A stretch of 64,000 bases of DNA from Vicugna vicugna. Lineage: Eukaryota. The stretch is from contig MU058423.1 of NCBI GenBank assembly GCA_013265495.1, positions 8,851,627 through 8,915,626 on the forward strand, in the 5' to 3' direction. Below, piece after piece: positions 56,366-64,000 of this stretch. The notes below the pieces were generated by a model that saw only the letters and a program-made list of their open reading frames with translations, made no database searches and had not been told where the DNA came from. Position 1 is the stretch's first letter. Each line of letters opens with the position of its first letter. Made by a program: the position numbers and the translations under genes.

Positions 56366-56805
56366 AAAAAACGTGCACACTACACACTGAGAAACAATGA
56401 AACAAATATCGAGTCTGGACTAATTTTTTAGAACAGCAGACCAAACTGGTATGGTAAATAAAAGCTTCCTAGAATTAATCTGCATATACTTCCAAACCAT
56501 TTCTTTAAACTAAATCTGATGGTCATTCAATCCTGAAAGCCTGTCAAAAAATAATGTATGTGAATTTCAGAAGCAGTGTGGAATTTGCCACTATATTTCT
56601 CTACTCAGATCATTTAATCTCTCTGCTACACAATGGATGACTCTTTAAACAACAGATGGCTTAATATAGAAGTCTAAACCAGACTCTGAGTCATGAATTT
56701 GCCAATGGTCTTTCCCTGGGGACATTTCCCTCAGCTTTGACCATGTTTTTAGCTTTCTTTTCAGGTGTTATTTCCACAAAAAAAGCCAAAGCACGACTCA
56801 CACAA

Positions 56806-56854
56806 ACACACACACACACACACACACACGCGCGCGCGCGCACGCGCGCGCGTA
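56806..56854. repeat. (AC)n-(CG)6-CA-(CG)5 perfect alternating purine-pyrimidine tract, 49 nt
   Basis: Read directly from the sequence. Confidence 0.95.
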
Positions 56855-58189
56855 ATGTATTTTAAAACAAAGCCTGAACCCTTGTGTTAATTATATTTAT
56901 ATTTTGTGATCTGGAAAGTGAAAATACTCTTGAAGATTTGATCTGGCCATCTGAGAGAGTATTCTTCAATTTTGGCATTTGATTTCCTGTTATTTAGTAT
57001 TTTTACTTGTTTATGAAAGAGGAAACAAATGCTGAGAACAGCCTTTCCCAGTCAGGTACTGCCACAGGAACACTGATAGAGAGCTGTGAAGTCAGCACTC
57101 CCACCACTTCTGGGGAGAAAAGCAAAGGATACAAATATCTTCCCAAAACCACCATTGGATCTCTCCAAAGACCTTGAGGGAGGGACCCGAGCCAGTGAGG
57201 GGCCCTGAGTTTTAAGTTTAAGGTACAACGAGTGCATCCACCCCAGAGGGTTAACTCAGCTTATTTAACAATTAGTAAGTGAGTCTTCTGAAATGTGTCA
57301 CTACTTTAGTGGTAATGCCCAGCGGAGTCAGTGAAATTAATTTTCTGAGCCCAGTTACAGGAAAGCATCAGATGAGGCATGTAGAGACAATTTTTCTATA
57401 ATGTGCTAAAAGAGAAAGAAACAGACTGATTTCAAACAGAATAGCTCTGGATCAAATGATTTGTTTTAGCTTATAGAAAGTGTTTCCAGACGCAAGGCAT
57501 CCTACCTGACCCAGACACTCACTCTCCCACTCCCCCGTATCTGTTCTGAGGCTACACTCAGCTACTCTGGACACGTGATAAAAGGCAGGAAGCAGGAGGT
57601 GGGACAGAACACAGTCACCAAAGATCAACTTGGATTTACTTAACGCTCACAACCTGCATAGGCACCTGCACACATACAAGGTCACGGGGAAAGTCTGCAA
57701 TGTCGTCCTCAAGGTACTTAAAGATATGGATGACAAGGGCTCTAAAGCGGGCTGGGGAATGGTCCACACAGGGACTGGACTCCACTGGAGCCTCCCCTGC
57801 ATCACGGTGGCACTGATGGCCGCCTCCTCCCCTTTCTTGGCACCACGGCGCTAAGTCACTTTGGCCGGGCAGCCTTCTTTGGCTCCTGCCTTATGTTCTC
57901 AAAGCCCCTGCCTTTCTCCAAACTCTCCCCCTGGTTTGTCATCACACAGTTCTGAGGTTATTTTAGCCTGTCTCCCTGGCTAGACTGTAACTGAGAGCAT
58001 GATTTTGGTCTCTTCCGTCTCTGCAGGACTCAACCACTGTGCCTGACACACAGCCCACACTCAAAAAATGTTGGACGGCTGTGTGAACAAATAGTAGAGA
58101 GAGAGAGAGAGAACAAGCATGCCATGGTCACAGAATATCTATCCAGAGATCACCTGCCCGGAGAGCAGGTGACAGAGTGTCATGGTCAG

Positions 58190-58395
58190 GTGCCGCCCCG
58201 AGTCCACAGCCAAGATGCCTGGGTTCAGACCCAGACCCTTCACCTCTGAGCTGTATCACGTTAACTCTCTGTGCCTCCATCTCCTTACCTGTGAAGAGGG
58301 GATAATACTGTAATTGCCTCGTCAGGCCGTTGATGGAGAAGATTAAGTCAATTAATAATACACGTAAAGTGCTCAGAATTGTATCTGGCACATCG
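58190..58395. mobile_element. MIR SINE
   Basis: gcctgggttcagaccc...taactctctgtgcctcc...gtaaagtgctcagaattgtatctggcaca. Confidence 0.75.
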
Positions 58396-61300
58396 CTCTT
58401 CTGTTAAGGGACCACAGGAAACATAAACTTCGGTCCCACACTTTGACTGGACCCACAACTGCTGTTATTTCTGACAGCTTAGCCCTAAGGCCTATCTATG
58501 CATACAAACATCAGATCGTGAGGTCGGAGACGTCCCTCATGATTGCAATATACCAAAACCAGCCCACACACACCATCGTTCAGTCCAACCCTCTCATTTG
58601 AATATACAGATCTTGGTCCTGCTCTCAGTTCTGCCTGTTCAAACGGCCTCCTGAGTCTCCTGGTACCTCAGCACCAACAACCATAAAATAAAGGTACTGG
58701 CTCCTGTCTTAACAATCTGTTGTTAAAGTATCAGAAGACGGCTGAGGTGACCCGCGGCTCTCTCCAACAAAGCACATGTGACCAGAAGAGTTGACACTGT
58801 GTTCATTTTTCCTTATGTGAACTTCTCACGAACAGAAGAGTAAGATTACCAGGCTGGGTTTGTTTTTAGGGGAGGAAAGCGATTATCAGTTACCTACAAA
58901 AAAGAAATCACAGAAGTCCATGGAATGGACTATAAAAACACACTATCAGGTGAGAAACCCTGCAAAGAACTGAAACATAAACCTTTTAAAGTCTCTTCCT
59001 TGGCTCCCAAGACTTTGATTCTTAGACTTCTTAAGTGTCAGGGCACTTAATTTATGAACTGCTTTTTCCTGAAGACAACACTAACTCTTATTTGTCACAC
59101 ACAAGCACAAACAAAATGCTTAATTTTTTTTTTATTTTTAGCAACATTTTTCTTCCTAATCATTTCCTCCCATTATAACCAGTGACTGAGAAAACAAAAT
59201 CTGCATTCAACTTTAAAATAAAATTTAAAAATAGGAAAAAGGCATTTATCAAATGCACCACTGATTCCACTTTTGTTCTAATTGCTTACGGAAATAAAAA
59301 TGTTCAGTGTTAAACATTCACAAGCTAGAAAGGCAAGTCTAATTACAAAGCAGAAATGTAACTGTGTATTTAAAACAACTTGCATTATTGAGTCTATTTT
59401 AAGTTTATTCTCCTGGTCTAATTAAAGCAGAACAAGAATGAATGCATCTTGCCTCATGCAATCTTTTAACACGTTGTAAAAGAAGGTAAGTCATTCTTCC
59501 TGTTCTTCAAGTTCTGAGTCTATTGTAAACCACAGATTACAAGGCCTGCAGAGGACAAGACAATGCATCTGCGTAACAAATATGGAGACAACGCTAATTA
59601 CAGAAGTAAGGCAGAGCCTGATGTCAGGTCTCTATTTCCATTGCTTACTTCTGCCCTAAAAATACCTAACAATCATCTGGCATCCTCATGAGAACGAGGT
59701 CGAGAAGTGACTGTGTCTTTTGGTTCAGGCGATGTCTGCTCTCATGTGTCATCTCTTCACATTTTCATTTGAATTTGAGATTTTCTACACAGTGACTAAG
59801 CAGTGGACTTTATTCTATCTATGTGAAAGTTAGTTTAACATAGAAATACTCTCTCCATCACTCTCATGGGGGTAAATTAGAGTAAAACCCGTGGGAGCTC
59901 TTTGATGGGCAATTTAGGAAAATTGCAGACAACAGCAGCCATGTGTATCTTCCCGTCTAATTTGATGGAAACTAGGATTTTCATAATCAGCCTGAAAAGA
60001 TGTCCTTCCAGAACTGACAGCTACAGCCAGGACAAATACACATCTCTTGCAAGCAATGTCTCAGTAGCACAGCCTTCTCCTGCCCGAGGAGAGCTCATGC
60101 TCCAAAACAGATACTGCTGAGCTGGCTGGCTCTCATTGAACTAGCCCAGCCCTTACTAAGCAAACCAAGGAAGCACTGAGCCAATATTCTCAGCACACAG
60201 AAGTCTAAAGGGACCCTTTAAAGCAGAAAAGGAGAAAATATTTGGTCCCAAGAAGACCTGCGCCCCTAGTCTCACACCAGCTGTGCATAAGTCTATGTTA
60301 CGACACACAGGCAAACGTGACCCTGTACAACATCTATCACTCATCATCAGAAGGCAGTCTCTGCAGAAAACACAGAAAATGGACTCGCTCCAGATTATCA
60401 TTTGGATAATACATGCTCTCAAGTGGAATGGTTTCACATCAAAAACTCCTCATGCTGAGTTTCACTGCTGACTTCTGGATATGGTATGAGTTTCATTTCA
60501 TAAAGCCTTTCAAATTAAGAAAGAAAGTTAAAAGAAGTGAGAAGAGTGTGTTCTTCAAACCAAGGACTGAAATGATCAAGCAAGAACCATAACTTCATTT
60601 ATGGTGAAGGTGCAGATGACAGATCCACTATCATAGACCAAGAATTACTGTTTAAATCCTTTTAACACCTGTGACCAATTATAGGCAATCCTCAACTTGC
60701 AAATGAATTCTATTCCAAAAGCTTACTTGTAAAAGCTAATATTTAGATTTCTGGAAGTCATTTCCCAAAGATAAACCCTTCTGGTTGTTAGTTTCATAGG
60801 CTAGACCGAAAATGATAATACGTTCCCTCTTATCATTAAAATCAGATATCTAAAATAAAAAGTAGTAGAAAACATTATTTCAAAAGCTAAAAACTAAAAC
60901 AAAATAATTAAATACATGATCCTGCTTTTAAAATTATCTTCCTTCAGTGCTAATAGCTGAGGAAAAGCCAGATTGGGAAAACACGAGGACAGCAATGAAC
61001 ACGTTTACACTGACTCTAAAGTGAGCCCTGAATTATTTCAGCTGTTTGACTGGCACTTTATTATATCTAATTCCACTTCAAAATGCATAGCTTTCTTCAG
61101 TATTGGGCATTATGATTATGACTGGTCTCAAATCTTGAGGCAACGGAAGGCAAGGCAAATACAAGAAGAATAAGATTTTCTTGATGTAATTTAGAGCGAA
61201 GTAACTGAAATGAAAAGTAAACAAGACAGGTCAGAAACTTTCTGGACATACACAAGAGAAAGATGGCCAAACTTGCCAGGTATGGAACCCCTCACCTCAG

Positions 61301-62869
61301 GTGGGAGAGTAATGAGATCAAAGTGTGGCTCCCTTCCCATGATTATGGCAACTACAGCAACCTAAGATCTCCTAGGAGGGGGGAAGGAGGTGGACCAGAC
61401 AATCCATTGTATTCATTTTCGTAGCTAACTAGAGCATGCACCTGAGGGACCAAAAACAAAAAGGCTTTTTCCTTTTTGAATATAGTCATCTTACTCTTTT
61501 TCAAGCTGAAGATGTTTGTAGGTTAGATGTTATCCAAATTTCTAAGATAGAAGCCATACAACATGTGAGCTAAATCTCAGCTCTAGAATCTCATAGTAAC
61601 TCGTAAGCCTCTCTTCCTTGAATTGACTCAAGAATAGAAAACCAACAATGAACACAAACAAGGAACTGGTTGTTCCCTTCCAGTATTTACAAAGACTTGT
61701 TGCTTAGAGAAAGCAGGAGAAACAAGAGCTTTGCCCACCAGCCAGGTGTTTGCAGAGAGGATTCTATGTCAATTTTACTGTGTGTTAGCCCAAACTGTTC
61801 AAATATATGCCACGTGACAGATGTATCCTTCAAGAAATAATAGGATTTATAGTTCTTAAATGTATATACATTTTTTAAGAAGTAGCCACATTCCCTAAAT
61901 ACTTTCGTTTACAAAGTTCACAAATAGTACAACTGAAACAAGAGAAAGAAACTTTAACTGAAATAAAAGTAACTTAAATCCAAACCACAGAGCTATTGCA
62001 CACATATCCAAACTGTAATACACAGGAAGCCCATCCACCTTCCCTGCAGCTACTGGAAATTTCCCTCCTCTTCTGGCTCACTACTATAGGCAGACCTCAC
62101 TACTTCCAGAAAACGCCCCTTTTCACCCCAGCAATTTCTCACCCCCTTCCTTTGATCAGCAGCAAGACTTTCAAAGAAAATGAAGAAGAGGGAGAAGAAA
62201 GAAAAAGGAGATGAGCAGAGAATTCTTCACAGTTCTACACACAGGTGATTCATTTCTTCACTCAGCAGTTACTGGTACCAGGCACCATGGATAAGACCAA
62301 GAACAAGGCAAATACACCCCTGACCTGATAAAGCACTCTTGTATGTTACTTCAGATCTTCCTAGCCCAGGGATCCCAACTTCAATACCTTCAGATATTCC
62401 TCAGAAAAACCTTTAAAGCTGTTTAAACTATAGACATCTTGATTTCTCCCCCGAGATTCTGATTAGCCAGATATGCCAGGTCTGGCCCATGGGTATTTCT
62501 GATACCTAGTTGTATTTGAAAATCAGTATTAGAAATGTTATCCTTTTAGAAGTCAGAAGGCTCAGTGCCTAAATTATGTCACAGAACTACAAATATATAT
62601 TATTCCCTTAGCTTTAAGTGGTAGTTAGTGCAAGAAAGGAAGTCTCCATTCTCAATGAAATTCCAAGGGCACAACAGGCTTTGCGAATGCCCATGACACT
62701 ATGTGACAAATCCATCTTTTCATTCACGTGTCCACGTGTAGACACTGAGCTATATTCTAGGGATATAAAATGAAGATAGTAGGGAAGGCAGACATGTAAA
62801 TAATCAGACCGTTATGGCCCAGCAGCATGAGAGAAATACAAAACAGAGAGAACTCTAGCATGGAGAGCT

Positions 62870-63390
62870 TTGGGCAGAGTTCTAGAAGATGGGTTTTAAA
62901 AGTCTTTTTAAGAGCAAATCAGATCATTTTAACTCTCTAACAGCTTCCCATGTTATGGAGAATAAAATCCAAACTCTCCCCCCCACATACAAGCCCTGGC
63001 AGAGACCTCACATCTCATCTGCTGCATCAGCCTCTCCACCTCTGTGCCCCAGCCACGTCGGCTTTCCTTGGGACCTCAGTCACACTCAAGCTCATTCCCA
63101 CCCTACAGCCTCTGTACTTGCGATTGCCTTTGCCTAGAATGTTCTTAGTCTTTATCAGCTTAACTGTCATCACCTCAAAGATGGCTTCTTTGAACTTCCA
63201 ACGTGCAGCAGCCAGCCAAACGCTAGCACATCACCACACAGCCAGCACTGCTGTCTCGCCCAGCAGAATATACGCTCTACAGGGACAGGGATTTTTTTCT
63301 CTTGTTTATCGCTATATCCTTAGAGCCTAGAAGAGCATCCAGCACAGCTGCTCGATAATTATTTGTTGAATGACAGAATGAACAAATGAA
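62870..63390. mobile_element. LINE-2 3' remnant
   Basis: caaatcagatcat...aataaaatccaaactct...gcctagaatgttctt...tatttgttgaatga. Confidence 0.7.
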
Positions 63391-64000
63391 GCAGACGGGT
63401 GGGGAAAGGTAAAGACTACTTCCTATGAAAATGAATGCAGAGTTTTATTTAACAGTGAAGGCTCCTGAAGACCTCCACATCCTCCTTTTGACTAAACTAC
63501 CAGGAAATTCATTCTGAAATTTTGAGCTTGAGCAAGTCAGAGCCAGTTTCCGTTACATGTAACCAAAAAAACCCCAGTTATTACAATATTGCTATTCTAT
63601 ATACTAGCCAATTGAGAAAAAAAAGGAGGAGGGAGGCGGAAGGGAGGAAGGAAACAAAGCAACAGGAAAGACATGATCAGAAACAGAGGAAGGAGAAAGA
63701 AGTGAAAATTGTAGGGGAAAAACAAAGATGAAGATGGAGAGTTGTACAGGGATAACGAGGAGTGTGTATGAGTAACAGGCGTGAAGGAAAGCCAAGAGCA
63801 AAGTGTGAGAAAAGAGGGAACGTGGTGTTAACTGGGAATGCAAGTGTCTACATAGGAGGGGGACTGGAAGAACCGGAATGCCAATGATATAGGGGAGTTC
63901 TTGTACCCTCTGTTCTGCCTCTTGTGACGAGTTACGTAATCTCTCTGGGTCTCTTAGTACAATGAGGCAGAGGAGAAGAGAAAGGTAGGGGTGGGCAGGC

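Overview
Mammalian genomic DNA, not prokaryotic. The whole window lies inside the CDC14A dual-specificity phosphatase gene on the minus strand. Six coding exons were located base by base with GT-AG boundaries and consistent phases: 50861-50940, 35982-36048, 32998-33060, 20460-20547, 13514-13744 and 6733-6871 (668 nt). They match human exons 5-10 as I recall the structure and include the catalytic HCKAGLGRT motif, split by an intron. The start and end of the gene lie outside the window. The rest is intron filled with interspersed repeats: L1, L2, MIR, MaLR/ERVL LTRs, hAT and Tigger MITEs, and two tRNA-derived SINEs that look camelid-type, suggesting alpaca, llama or camel. I found no convincing new multi-gene system. 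The most unusual signal is local and compositional: 47 consecutive G/C-ending codons in the catalytic exon, in a CpG-rich patch, next to AT-rich exons and a CpG-retaining old MITE. This suggests GC-biased gene conversion or an intragenic CpG island. Two L1 insertions show twin-priming-type 5' inversions. Repeat family names and boundaries come from recognition, not a database search, and are approximate unless stated.
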